A stretch of DNA of 64,000 nt. It comes from Candidatus Hermodarchaeota archaeon. Its GTDB lineage: Archaea > Asgardarchaeota > Thorarchaeia > Thorarchaeales > Thorarchaeaceae. The DNA lies in contig JBHLLF010000002.1 in assembly GCA_048885865.1 (NCBI GenBank), positions 96,001-160,000 of the forward strand, in the 5' to 3' direction. Under the pieces are notes generated by a model. The model saw nothing but the letters and a program-made list of their open reading frames with translations. It made no database searches and was not told where the DNA came from. The stretch's first letter is position 1; the number at the start of each line of letters is the position of its first letter. Of this stretch, positions 48,598 to 58,821 are shown piece after piece. The position numbers and the translations under genes are program-made.

Positions 48598-49266
48598 ATG
48601 ATTGACAAACGACAAGCAATAATCGATCGTTGCATGAAGCTCTATGTGGCGGCATTCTCAGATGCGGCTGATGAGGTTGGCATCGGTCGAGTATGCATGG
48701 ATAGTGGCATAGTTCCTTTGACAAAGAATGTGAGAATGGCTGGATTTGCACGAACCGGTAGAATGGTCCGTTCGCCATCTCAGCAGCCTTATGACGAGAA
48801 GCAACTCGATCATCTAATGAGCTTGTCGACAGACGCCGAGCCTGGAGACCTTTTGGTCATCGACTCTGGAGGAGCGAAGGATTGCTCAGTATGGGGCCAA
48901 GTGTTGACAAAGATAGGCATCCCTCGGGGCATTCAAGGTGCTGTGGTCGATGGCACATCACGAGACATTGTAGATATTGACGAGGTTGGGTTTACGGTAT
49001 TTGCCCGAGGACGTCATCCAGGCACTATGAGAGGTCGACTTGATGTTGAATCCGTAAACCAACAGATAGTGTGCGGCGGAGTCATTGTGAATCCGGGCGA
49101 TCTTATCTTTGCGGATGGAGACGGAGTTGTAGTGATTCCTCAGGACAAGATTGAGGAGGTCCTAAAGCACGCTGAGGGAGTAGTTGATACTGACAACTGG
49201 TGGTCAGAGAAGCTTGATGATGGCGAGGACCCTCATGAGCTTCACAAGGAACGGCCTATTCCCTAG
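48598..49266 (+). CDS. RraA/HMG-aldolase family protein
   Basis: PGDLLVID, WGQVLT, VVDGTSRD, VNPGDLIFADGDGVVVIP. Confidence 0.9.
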   Translation: MIDKRQAIIDRCMKLYVAAFSDAADEVGIGRVCMDSGIVPLTKNVRMAGFARTGRMVRSPSQQPYDEKQLDHLMSLSTDAEPGDLLVIDSGGAKDCSVWGQVLTKIGIPRGIQGAVVDGTSRDIVDIDEVGFTVFARGRHPGTMRGRLDVESVNQQIVCGGVIVNPGDLIFADGDGVVVIPQDKIEEVLKHAEGVVDTDNWWSEKLDDGEDPHELHKERPIP

Positions 49267-50393
49267 AAATTGAGGGGATACCTTCCCCTCTTCTCGGCAT
49301 AGTCATACATCTCAAGAATCTTCTCTGGAGTAGAATCCGGCTGTATGTTGTGGGCTGGAGCTAGAATATAGCCTCCACCCGGTGCGAGTGCTTTCAAGCG
49401 CGTATCTATCTCGCTCCTGAGGTCATCAGAAGTGCCTCTCTCAGACATAGCCCGTTGAAGGTCAACTCCGCCATGAAAGGTTAGTCTGTCACCGTATTTC
49501 TCTTTTAGAATAGCAGAGTCCATTCCCTTTGCAAGAGGCTGAATCGGATTCAGAATATCCACATCAACCTCCAATAGGTCATTAATCATCGGCTCTACTG
49601 CTCCGCAGCTGTGATACAGAATTTTGACGTGAGGAGCTCTCTTGTGGATGTCACCATAGATTTTCTTGTGCCGAGGTTTTACGAGCTTCTTGTACATCCG
49701 AGGACTCATAATCAGACCATCTTGATGCCCGAGGTCGTCACCTACTTGTACAATGTCCAGATACTCTCCTGCTTCATCCAAAAGGACTCTATTCATATCG
49801 AGTGCCAACTCCATTGCTTTGTCCATCATTGCTTCCGCAAGCTTTGTGCGTTGGCCCAGATCAATCAAGAACTTGTCAAATCCGCGCATATAGTGCTCAC
49901 ATATCTCAAAGACTCCCCATGGCCCGCCCACCATCCCAACCACTGCATAGTCAGTTTTATCATGGAGGTACTTCGCCCACTCAACAACGCCTTCCATTCG
50001 TGAAGAATCATCAGCATCCGGCCACGGATACTCCTCGACTTGTTCCACTTCTGTGAACTCAGCCCATGGGAAATAGGTCACTTCCCAGTAGAGGCCGATG
50101 TATTTTCCGCGAAAGCCATATTCTGTGTCGGTAGAGCCATCAGGATAGGTCCTCATCTTGAAACTTGAAGATGGATTCATGTACACACGTCGGAAGTCTA
50201 CATGAAGTCTACGCAGCATTTCCTCAGAGATTTTCCATGCTTCCATTATACCCCATTCTTGATCCTCCTTGGCAGTTATGCCTAGGTGATCTCGCAAGTT
50301 GCGGTACGCAGCCGACGTTGTCCAATAGTCGATTGGCACCCTATCTGGCTCCTCATGGTTAACAGCTTTGTGGAATCTCTCTCGTGAACTCAT
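49263..50393 (-). CDS. UroD/MtaA-CmuA family protein (putative methylcorrinoid methyltransferase)
   Basis: PDRVP, GDDLG, ILYHSCG, LNPIQ, GGYILAPAHNI. Confidence 0.85.
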   Translation of the reverse strand: MSSRERFHKAVNHEEPDRVPIDYWTTSAAYRNLRDHLGITAKEDQEWGIMEAWKISEEMLRRLHVDFRRVYMNPSSSFKMRTYPDGSTDTEYGFRGKYIGLYWEVTYFPWAEFTEVEQVEEYPWPDADDSSRMEGVVEWAKYLHDKTDYAVVGMVGGPWGVFEICEHYMRGFDKFLIDLGQRTKLAEAMMDKAMELALDMNRVLLDEAGEYLDIVQVGDDLGHQDGLIMSPRMYKKLVKPRHKKIYGDIHKRAPHVKILYHSCGAVEPMINDLLEVDVDILNPIQPLAKGMDSAILKEKYGDRLTFHGGVDLQRAMSERGTSDDLRSEIDTRLKALAPGGGYILAPAHNIQPDSTPEKILEMYDYAEKRGRYPLNF

Positions 50394-50527
50394 TCTTGAT
50401 TGACACTCCTGAGAATGTGCTAATTCCGCTTGTGGGATTTAACTCCGCCTTAAGATGCAACCGCTAATTAAACCTTCAGCGGAAATGTTTATGTAGTTCG
50501 CAGCGTCAGGGCGTCTTCTTAGGGAGA

Positions 50528-51601
50528 TTGGCCAAATTGGGAAAAATGAAGGCTGGGATTCTTTACGGACCTAGGGATCTCAGGGTTGAGGAACTTGATA
50601 TTCCAAGCCTCAAACCTGGTTGGGTCTTGATCAAGGTGCGAGCAGCTGGAATTTGTGGAAGCGATTTACATCTGTACAAAGAGAAGACATTCATTCCAAT
50701 ATCATCTGTGATTGGTGAAGGAATCTATGTTCCAGGTCATGAGCTTGCAGGTGAAATTCAGGAGCTAGGCGAGGGTGTCACTGACCTTCAGGTTGGCGAC
50801 AGAGTGGTTGTTGAGCCCACAGTCAACTGTGGCAAGTGTGATTGGTGTAGAACCGGTCTGTATAATTTATGTGAGAATTCAGGACTAATCGGGTTTTACT
50901 ACATTGGTGGACTAGCTGAGTTTGTTGTAGCCCCAGCAGAGAAGTGCTTCAAGATTTCAGAGAAAACCTCGTTTGAAGAAGCGGCTATGATGGACTGCGC
51001 TGCAGTTGCCGAACGGGCCATCCGACGCGCTAAGGTATCTAACGAAGACAGAGTGGCCATCCTAGGTTCTGGGACCATCGGTCTCTTTGCAACTCAGGGT
51101 GTTCTAGCAGCTGGAGCCCGAGAGGTCTTTGTCACTGGCACACACAAATTTCAGATTGAGGCTGCGAAACGCTTTGGAGCAGCCGCTGCTATTAACGCAA
51201 GGACTGAAAACGTGGTTGAGAAAATAATGGAATTAACTTCTGGAAAGGGGGTGGATAAGGTCATTGAGGCAGTTGGAGGAGAAGCACCTGTCTTGGATGA
51301 GGGCGTCACCATTCTTAGGAGGCGCGGCATTATTGTTGCGACTGGCATCTTCTTGAATCCAGTGCCTATCAATATGTTCAGCCTCATTACCAAAGAAGTC
51401 ACACTAACGGGCGCGTGGGGATATGCATATTGGACCCATCTAAAGGAATTCGCTGTGTCCTTAGAGTTATTGGAATCAGGGAAAATCGATGCTAAGTCCT
51501 TGATTACTCACAAATTCCCACTCGAAAAGGCATCAGAAGCTTTTGATATCGCTTTGGATAAGAAGAAATCACAGTCTATCAAGGTCCAGATTACCTTCTA
51601 A
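50528..51601 (+). CDS. Zn-dependent alcohol/polyol dehydrogenase (MDR)
   Basis: GICGSD, GHE, CGKCDWC..C structural Zn site, GSGTIG. Confidence 0.93.
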   Translation: MAKLGKMKAGILYGPRDLRVEELDIPSLKPGWVLIKVRAAGICGSDLHLYKEKTFIPISSVIGEGIYVPGHELAGEIQELGEGVTDLQVGDRVVVEPTVNCGKCDWCRTGLYNLCENSGLIGFYYIGGLAEFVVAPAEKCFKISEKTSFEEAAMMDCAAVAERAIRRAKVSNEDRVAILGSGTIGLFATQGVLAAGAREVFVTGTHKFQIEAAKRFGAAAAINARTENVVEKIMELTSGKGVDKVIEAVGGEAPVLDEGVTILRRRGIIVATGIFLNPVPINMFSLITKEVTLTGAWGYAYWTHLKEFAVSLELLESGKIDAKSLITHKFPLEKASEAFDIALDKKKSQSIKVQITF

Positions 51602-51621
51602 TCGAAAAATCATGAACTAAG

Positions 51622-52140
51622 GTGAAAGAGTTGTCTGACGAATTAAGCTGGGAGCTATGCAACGAACTTGTTGCAGGAGAGATAGCCACTAGATGCTTGA
51701 TTGTTTCCTATTTCGTTCACAGATTGCCTAGGAAGTATGGCGAAGAGATCCTGGAAGACATCAAGCAGGCTAACTATGATGCTGGATATGTGGCAGGAAA
51801 GAATGCAGCCAAGGCAGTTGGCAAGAATGACCTCAAGACTCTTGGTGAGCTATTTGGGGGCACGAAAGTCTTCAATCCAGAAATAATTGGACTTACTGAG
51901 GATAGGGCAGTTATTCATTGGCGTAGATGTCCAGTCCCAACTCTCGTTGCTACATTCGAAGAGATGGGCTTGACTGAAGATTATCTAGCGACCGTCTGTC
52001 CAATACTCGAGCTATTTGACAATGGATTCGTTGAGGGTTGGAATCCTGAGCTAGAAGCCCAGAATCCTACAGAGGTTGGAGAAACACATCTGCAAAAGGG
52101 TGGCGATTTCTGTACAGTTGTGATTGCCAAGAAGAGCTGA
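51622..52140 (+). CDS. ATC-hydrolase/V4R-like protein
   Basis: RCP...C...D.GF..GWNP....GGDFC pattern. Confidence 0.7.
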   Translation: MKELSDELSWELCNELVAGEIATRCLIVSYFVHRLPRKYGEEILEDIKQANYDAGYVAGKNAAKAVGKNDLKTLGELFGGTKVFNPEIIGLTEDRAVIHWRRCPVPTLVATFEEMGLTEDYLATVCPILELFDNGFVEGWNPELEAQNPTEVGETHLQKGGDFCTVVIAKKS

Positions 52141-52181
52141 ATTGAAGTCAGAGATTCTGGCTGTTAGTGGATTTATTAATT

Positions 52182-52952
52182 TCATCCCCCAGGGGTGTCA
52201 ACATCCTTGTACCACTTCTTTGATGTCCCAACTCTAGCTCTCATCTTCCAAGATCTGCCTTTTGGCTTGTCCTCAATGCTCTGAAGAAGCTCTTCTATTC
52301 GAGAACTTGCAACCTCCTTTTCTTGATTATCGAGAACAGTGAACTCACGCATCAATGATGCGACCTTTTTCAGGTTGGTAGTAACTGTATAATAGAACCC
52401 CCATTCCTTGGAGAGTATCTCAGCTATGTAGCCAGCATTGATGGTGTTCTCATCAGTATCGCCAATTTCGTGAGCTAAAATCAGCATGGTGGTGTCGATA
52501 ATGTCCTTCTCGCTAATCTTCACAATCTGCATCTTCTGAAGTAGCAATTCTGCAAGAGGAACGGTAGGACTATCAATTTCTAATCTCTTCTTATATTCGA
52601 TCTTATGACACATCTCTAGTCGATCAAGAAAGACATCTATATGTCGCCCATCAGAGTTGTTTATGAAAATCATTCTGCCTCCCAATGCAAAGCTAAAAGA
52701 GAGCAATCTTCGAGAGTAGTTTTGGCCTTCGAAGAACTTCTCTATTTTGGATGACTGTTTCTCATAGGCGACATAATCTATGTCAGTGATGAACCTACCC
52801 ATTTTCTCATGCAGATACGCATATTCTGGGCTGTGAAGTCGAATTGCTATTGCCCCCATGAGTCTAAGAATGATTCCTTGTTTGTTCGCCTCCTCGATGA
52901 TTCTAAGAGCTTCGTCAACAAACACTTGGTGATTTCCTTTCTCTCCTTCCAT
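52182..52952 (-). CDS. Nucleotidyltransferase-fold protein
   Basis: RLMGAIA...TDIDYV (GG..DxD-like), IDVF, LLLQKMQI..KD..D; ORF extends to 52976. Confidence 0.7.
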   Translation of the reverse strand: MEGEKGNHQVFVDEALRIIEEANKQGIILRLMGAIAIRLHSPEYAYLHEKMGRFITDIDYVAYEKQSSKIEKFFEGQNYSRRLLSFSFALGGRMIFINNSDGRHIDVFLDRLEMCHKIEYKKRLEIDSPTVPLAELLLQKMQIVKISEKDIIDTTMLILAHEIGDTDENTINAGYIAEILSKEWGFYYTVTTNLKKVASLMREFTVLDNQEKEVASSRIEELLQSIEDKPKGRSWKMRARVGTSKKWYKDVDTPGG

Positions 52953-53042
52953 GTACAACACTTCGAGGAATAGCAAATTCCTGGCTTGAATTCTGTAACG
53001 TTTAAATATCTATTTCGGCCGCTGGCTTTGCGAGGTTTAATC

Positions 53043-53993
53043 TTGACCCGCATCTTCTTCTCCTGTGATGCTCACGGAAGCGTTCCGGTCCTTCGCAAGA
53101 TGGTGAAAGTCCACGAGGCCTACAATTGCGATGTTGTCATGATGTGTGGTGACCTCACCGGAAAGGCAGTTGTGCCTATCGTTGAGGAGAAGCCAGGCGT
53201 CTGGTGGTCATCACCGTGGGGACGAAAGGAAACATACAAGTCCGAGAAGGACCTTCAAAGGGCTAAAGACATCTATGAGAAACGCGGCTTCTATTGGTTC
53301 TTCTCAAATGAGTCGGAACTAGAAGAGCTTCAAGATTCGCCAGAGAAAGTCAAATCCCTTTTTCAGAAGCTGATGCTTGAGCGAATGGAGTTTTGGATTA
53401 ATCTCATTGAGGAGAAAGTTCCTAATGACATAATGGTCATAGTGAGTCCTGGAAACGATGATGCAAAGGATATTGATGAGCTCATTATGAAAAGCAGTCG
53501 GATTACGCAGTCTATCGAAAAAGTTGTTGATCTTGACGATAGACATCAGATGATCTCCTGTGAATGGGTGAATTCAACGCCTTGGGATACTCCGCGTGAG
53601 TGTCCTGAGGATGAGTTAATGGTCAAGCTGGAGACGGAATTTGGTCGAATCAGCACACATGAGAATCTAGTCTGCAACTTCCATGCCCCTCCGTATGGGA
53701 CACTGATAGATCTTGCACCAAAACTGGATGACAAGCAACAGGTTAAGGTCCGATATGGAGCTCCTGAAATGGTGCCTGTTGGAAGCAAAAGCGTCCGCGA
53801 AACCTTCGAGAGATACCAGCCTCTCCTAGGTCTTCACGGACATATCCATGAATCAGTAGGTATGGAACACATTGGTCGTACACTCTGCGTCAATCCAGGC
53901 TCCGCATACACGCAGGGTATGTTGAATGCATTTGTAATTGATCTGCCTAGGAAGCCAGAAGAAGAGGTGGTAGCGGTCAGTGTGACAGCTTAG
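53043..53993 (+). CDS. Metallophosphoesterase (Icc-like)
   Basis: DAHG, GDLTGK, PGNDD, HAPP, HGHIHE; TTG 53043 follows GAGGT. Confidence 0.88.
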   Translation: MTRIFFSCDAHGSVPVLRKMVKVHEAYNCDVVMMCGDLTGKAVVPIVEEKPGVWWSSPWGRKETYKSEKDLQRAKDIYEKRGFYWFFSNESELEELQDSPEKVKSLFQKLMLERMEFWINLIEEKVPNDIMVIVSPGNDDAKDIDELIMKSSRITQSIEKVVDLDDRHQMISCEWVNSTPWDTPRECPEDELMVKLETEFGRISTHENLVCNFHAPPYGTLIDLAPKLDDKQQVKVRYGAPEMVPVGSKSVRETFERYQPLLGLHGHIHESVGMEHIGRTLCVNPGSAYTQGMLNAFVIDLPRKPEEEVVAVSVTA

Positions 53994-54010
53994 CGTATTT
54001 TGGTGGGTGA

Positions 54011-54709
54011 TTGAAGATGTCCATTGATAGTGGCGAAAGAAGGCGTGCAAAGGGGAAAGCCAAGAGGTCGCAACCAGGTGAAGTTGATACTGATGATTTA
54101 CGAAAAGCAATCTACCACATTGACGCCTATCGGTCGCACATCTTCTACAATCTCAGTTTCGTAGAAAAGATGGTGGAGCAGGGAACCCTTGGGCGCATAT
54201 TTGGAGAAAACTGGAAGAAGCTGAGTAGAAGACTCATTAGAATGGCACGTGGTCCCACATCAAATCCCCATACTCTTCGTCTTGCACGGTATCAGTCGTA
54301 TACCGAAGCATTCTGGCAGATAGCAATACCTATTGTCTTCATCTTGCTGATAGTTGGCCTCATCGCACCGGATATTCCATTTATCAGTACGATTGCCCCA
54401 TATGTAATGATTGTTGCATTTTCTGCAATGATAATTGGACTTCTCGGAAGATCTCTAATTGGAGCGCGCATTGCGAAGAGTATCGATGAATACTTTAAGA
54501 ATAATCCCGAGGCGCAGCAACTTCGAGTTGAAGAATTGAAATCAGTAGTCCAATTGTTAATCAATGAACTGCGACGTGCACTGCATCAATTGAAAGAAGA
54601 GCCTGATGAACATCTGGTTGGAATTGGGCTTTTAGACTATAATCACATCGAAGTCGTGAAAGAGCCCAGGCCCTGGCGGAAATACTACCTAGTGAAGGTT
54701 ACGTTCTGA
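54011..54709 (+). CDS. Two-TM hypothetical membrane protein
   Basis: Central hydrophobic hairpin with soluble flanks. Confidence 0.7.
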   Translation: MKMSIDSGERRRAKGKAKRSQPGEVDTDDLRKAIYHIDAYRSHIFYNLSFVEKMVEQGTLGRIFGENWKKLSRRLIRMARGPTSNPHTLRLARYQSYTEAFWQIAIPIVFILLIVGLIAPDIPFISTIAPYVMIVAFSAMIIGLLGRSLIGARIAKSIDEYFKNNPEAQQLRVEELKSVVQLLINELRRALHQLKEEPDEHLVGIGLLDYNHIEVVKEPRPWRKYYLVKVTF

Positions 54710-54884
54710 AGTCTACCTATATCTCATGCTTGGAAATTCTAAGGACAACTGATGAACTTTAAACATAGTAGTCTACTCATTAAACAAAAACGGGAACTCT
54801 TATTACACAGAACACCTCCATTAGCGATTCATCTTCTCTGATTTAAGTTCGGAGGAGGTTAAAAGAAATAGAGGGAGAGATTAG

Positions 54885-56465
54885 ATGTCACAAGAAGTAC
54901 TCTTTCTAAGGCCAACCTCAGGGCTGACCAAGTATTTCGGTACATGGACCTCTCTGTTCGCAATTATTGGTGCAAGTCTAGGAACGTATCAATGGCTATT
55001 TGTTGGTATTCTACAGGATCTCTACCCGGGTATCAATGCCGGCATGACATGGGGAATAGGTATGTTCTTCATGCTCCTGTATACCCTCATGATGACACTC
55101 CTGTCTATGGCCATGCCTCGTTCTTCAGGCCTATACCAAATCTCTGCAAGAGGATTTAATCCAGTTGCGGGGACAATTGCGGTTTGGCGTGGTATAATAG
55201 CCAATCCCATCATCAAGACAAGTGAGTTCTACCTCTTTCTTGTATTCCTGGGCGCTGCATTCGCTCAGTGGGGCGCAGTTACGAATAATGCCGCAATGCA
55301 AGGACTCGGGGCTACCTTCTCCACACAGGAGCCGATGGTACTTGTTTTTGTTTCAATTCTATTAATGGCGTTATTCTCAGTAATTGCATACTTAGGGCCA
55401 TTACTCAAGATGGAACCCAGGATACAGATGGCGGGAGGGGTCTTCTCCACAATTGGATGGTTAATGGCGCTCTTCGTTCTCCTTGGTACTCCAACAACTG
55501 CTGTCCAGGGCCGCTGGGATGCAGTTTGGGGTGCAGGAGCGTATACAGAGGTGCAAACAGTGGCCGCTGCTGCAGGGTATGCAGCACCGGTGTTTAGTAT
55601 AGAAATGACACTGTTGGCAACGGTGTGGCCTATAGGCCTAACGTGGCCATATCTTATCCTGCTTTATGGTGGAGAGGTATCAGATCCAGCAAAGAACCTA
55701 GTGCTGACTCAGCTTCTGGGTGGGCTAATTCTTGCTGGATTGTTAACAGCAGGTGCTGGACTATTCCAAGGGGTCTTTGGGACCTTCTCAAGTGAATATG
55801 GCGTGGCAGCAGCATCAGGCAACTTGACGCAAACAGGTGTCTTCCAAGGAGGCTTAGGGACATTCACTGCGGTGTTAGCTGCAAATCCGTTTATCTCTGG
55901 ATGGATATTACTTTCACCAGTAGTCATCGGACTTACAGCAACTCCAATAAATATGGCGTGGGTCACGAGAGGATTCTTCCAGGCTTCACTCGACAGAATG
56001 ATGCCATCCGTCTTCGGCAGGCTCTCGAAGTATCACACACCAACCTATGCAATCCTATACTACTTCCTATTTGGTGCTCCGTTTGCATTTGCCTACGCAA
56101 ATCCAGGGCTAAGTGGCTTCCTGGCCGTAGTCACTTCGCTAGTGGGATTGTGGGGCATCGAGATGCTATTCCAGTCAATGGCTGCGTTACAATTGCCCTT
56201 CATACGGCGGCCGTTATATGAAGGGAGTATAAGAGCGCAACCTGAGATCGGCGGATTTGCCTTGGTATCGTTACTTGGCGTAATCATATTGCCAGTATCG
56301 TTATTCCTATTGATTGGCTTCTTCCAAGGGGCAGCATTTCTGTCGATCGTCTCGATGTGCGTCCAATATGGATTCTCGGCGTTATGGTTTGTGTATTTTG
56401 CACGGCGGTTACAGAAGCAGAATATAGACCTCGATGCAATATACACGTCATTATCACCTGAGTAA
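54885..56465 (+). CDS. APC-family amino acid/amine permease
   Basis: LFLRPTSGL, AMPRSSG.Y, R..F..S.DRMMP..F, TP. Confidence 0.9.
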   Translation: MSQEVLFLRPTSGLTKYFGTWTSLFAIIGASLGTYQWLFVGILQDLYPGINAGMTWGIGMFFMLLYTLMMTLLSMAMPRSSGLYQISARGFNPVAGTIAVWRGIIANPIIKTSEFYLFLVFLGAAFAQWGAVTNNAAMQGLGATFSTQEPMVLVFVSILLMALFSVIAYLGPLLKMEPRIQMAGGVFSTIGWLMALFVLLGTPTTAVQGRWDAVWGAGAYTEVQTVAAAAGYAAPVFSIEMTLLATVWPIGLTWPYLILLYGGEVSDPAKNLVLTQLLGGLILAGLLTAGAGLFQGVFGTFSSEYGVAAASGNLTQTGVFQGGLGTFTAVLAANPFISGWILLSPVVIGLTATPINMAWVTRGFFQASLDRMMPSVFGRLSKYHTPTYAILYYFLFGAPFAFAYANPGLSGFLAVVTSLVGLWGIEMLFQSMAALQLPFIRRPLYEGSIRAQPEIGGFALVSLLGVIILPVSLFLLIGFFQGAAFLSIVSMCVQYGFSALWFVYFARRLQKQNIDLDAIYTSLSPE

Positions 56466-56505
56466 ATCCACCATAGCCTGAGGACTAACAACCCTCGGGC
56501 ATCCC

Positions 56506-56518
56506 CTTCTTTTTTTTT
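56506..56518 (+). terminator. Oligo-T archaeal terminator
   Basis: TTCTTTTTTTTT run ~45 nt after the permease stop. Confidence 0.55.
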
Positions 56519-56691
56519 GAATTGAATCTTCATGAATATAATATAAGTTAAATCCCAGCGACTATCAGTCGTTTAAGAAGAACGACTAGAGATATAAGAC
56601 CCACAGACAATAAGCGAGGTTGCGTGAAGCGTTCAAGCAGCTCACAATTCTGTGTATTCATGCTTGTATCATATACAGGAGGAGAAATGAC

Positions 56692-57342
56692 ATGAGTCCC
56701 GATATATTCGAGGATTTGGAAAAAGCCGTCATTGAAGGAGATTCTGAGCAATGCGAGGATCTCGCAAAGAAATCATTGGAGCAAAACATACCTCCCCTTG
56801 ACGCTATCACCAATGGACTTGCAAAAGGCGTGAAATCTGTTGGAGACAAGTTCAGCAAAGGGGAAGTCTTTCTGGTTGAGCTAATCATGGCTGGAGATGC
56901 CATGAAAGCTGGCATGTCTGTCTTACTACCAGAAATAAAAGCATCCAAGGCTGAGATGAAGACGCTTGGAAAGGTCATACTTGGTACTGTGGCGGGTGAT
57001 ATCCATAGCATCGGCAAGGATATTGTCGCTACACTTCTAGAAGCAGAGGGTTTTGAAGTGATTAACGTTGGTGAGGATATTGCCTCTGAGGTATTCGTTG
57101 AGAAGGTGAAGGAACACTCACCCGACATATTAGGACTGTCTTCTCTATTGACAGCTACAATGCCAGCGCAAAAGGAAGTTATCGAAAAGCTAGTTGAAGC
57201 TGGATTGAAGGATAAAGTGAAGGTCATTATTGGAGGGGCGCCCACAACCAATGAGTGGGCAGTCGAAATAGGGGCTAATGGCTGGGCGGGAGATGCAGTT
57301 AGTGCAGTTGAACTAGTGAAGCAGCTGGTAGGCGAGAATTGA
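56692..57342 (+). CDS. Corrinoid protein (MttC/MtbC-like)
   Basis: GDIHSIGK (DxHxxG), SSLLT.T, IGGAP; ATG 56692 follows GGAGGAG. Confidence 0.95.
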   Translation: MSPDIFEDLEKAVIEGDSEQCEDLAKKSLEQNIPPLDAITNGLAKGVKSVGDKFSKGEVFLVELIMAGDAMKAGMSVLLPEIKASKAEMKTLGKVILGTVAGDIHSIGKDIVATLLEAEGFEVINVGEDIASEVFVEKVKEHSPDILGLSSLLTATMPAQKEVIEKLVEAGLKDKVKVIIGGAPTTNEWAVEIGANGWAGDAVSAVELVKQLVGEN

Positions 57343-57359
57343 ACTAGAGGTGATATTGC

Positions 57360-58799
57360 ATGTTTAATTTACTAGGTAGAAACGAAATAGCCGACATCCA
57401 TGTAGCAGCCATGGAGGTTCTTGAAAATGTTGGAGTAATGGTTCAACATGATAAGGCACTGAAACTACTCGGGGATGCAGGAGCAGATGTAGATAAGAAG
57501 TCCAAAGTGGTGAAAATCCCTGAGAGCCTGTTGCAGGATGCTCTGCAGAAATCGCCTGGAAGGCATTTGATGGCATCGCGGAATCCGAAGTACGATTTTG
57601 TGATTGGAGATGGAGCGTCATATTATACGAATGCATTTGGAGCTCATTATACTATAGACTTGGAAACGGGTGAACGAAGACTATCTACACTGAAGGATCT
57701 AGAGGAGTTCACACTTCTTGCAGATTACTTCGCAACTGTAGACTACATCAAGCCAAACATCCTTCCACAAGATGTGTCTAAAACCATCTGGGAACAAGAA
57801 ATGGCTTTGGCTATGTTCAAAAGTGCTGAGAAGCATCTAAGCTTAGTCGCATTAACTCCTCAGGGGTGGAGAGATGTGATTAGAATGTCAATGATTGTGG
57901 CTGGGGGTGAGGAGGAGTTCATCAAGAATCCATCCTTTATTGATACAGGATTCAATAATGTTCCCCCCCTCAAGTATACGCCAGAAATCATTGATATGAT
58001 CCTGGAATGCGCGAAATACAAGATACCATTTGACATCAGTACTGGTGCCCTCGCTAGCGCCAGTGCTCCAGTTACGCTAGCAGGAACAATAGTGCAGGGG
58101 ATAGTTGAGAACCACGTAATTGTAGTCCTAACTCAGCTTGTGGGACCTGGTACACCCATTATGTGGGGGTCCTGCGCAACCATTCTTGACCAACGATATG
58201 GGACCGCAGCCTATGGGTCGCCTGAGAATGGACTAATTCACGCGGCGTTTTCCCAGATGGCTCGATTCTATGGCATTCCCTACTACGGTGCGGCTGGAGT
58301 CATTGACTCAAAGATTCCTGATCATCAGGCCGTATATGAGAACACCATCAATGTACTAGTTGCAACCCTTGCTGGCGCTGATGTTGTACACGACGCAGTA
58401 TACGGAATAGTTGAAGCTGGAGTGACTGCTAGCTATGAGTTGTTCGGAATAAGCAATGAAATCTGTGGAGCCATAAAGCGAATCGCAAAAGGTATGAGAG
58501 TGACAAAGGAGACCCTTGCTGCTGATCTTATTGCAGCAGTGGGACATGAAAAGAACTATCTCAATACCCCAGAAGCATTGAGATTTACAAAGAAGCATCT
58601 ACTAGAGGAACAATGGCAGCCTGTTTTGACTGAACGGGCTTCCAGACCGGAATGGGAAAAGAGAGGTTCGAAAGACATGTTCCAGAGGGCAAAGGAACAA
58701 GTCAAGGAGATTCTCTCCAGTCATGAGGTTGAACCTCTGGGCAAAGATGTGGAAGCAGAAATGCGGAAGATTATAGACAAGAGATCTAAAGGAAAATAG
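57360..58799 (+). CDS. mttB: Trimethylamine methyltransferase (MttB) superfamily protein, pyrrolysine-free
   Basis: IH...EVLE.VG, APVTLAG, GSPE, DSK.PD.QA.YE; no in-frame TAG. Confidence 0.9.
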   Translation: MFNLLGRNEIADIHVAAMEVLENVGVMVQHDKALKLLGDAGADVDKKSKVVKIPESLLQDALQKSPGRHLMASRNPKYDFVIGDGASYYTNAFGAHYTIDLETGERRLSTLKDLEEFTLLADYFATVDYIKPNILPQDVSKTIWEQEMALAMFKSAEKHLSLVALTPQGWRDVIRMSMIVAGGEEEFIKNPSFIDTGFNNVPPLKYTPEIIDMILECAKYKIPFDISTGALASASAPVTLAGTIVQGIVENHVIVVLTQLVGPGTPIMWGSCATILDQRYGTAAYGSPENGLIHAAFSQMARFYGIPYYGAAGVIDSKIPDHQAVYENTINVLVATLAGADVVHDAVYGIVEAGVTASYELFGISNEICGAIKRIAKGMRVTKETLAADLIAAVGHEKNYLNTPEALRFTKKHLLEEQWQPVLTERASRPEWEKRGSKDMFQRAKEQVKEILSSHEVEPLGKDVEAEMRKIIDKRSKGK

Positions 58800-58821
58800 A
58801 AGGAACGAAGGAGTGTTAGAG

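Noticed and set aside
57360-58799. Pyrrolysine-containing MttB
   Set aside because: The ORF is uninterrupted with no in-frame TAG, and no pyl genes are in the window.
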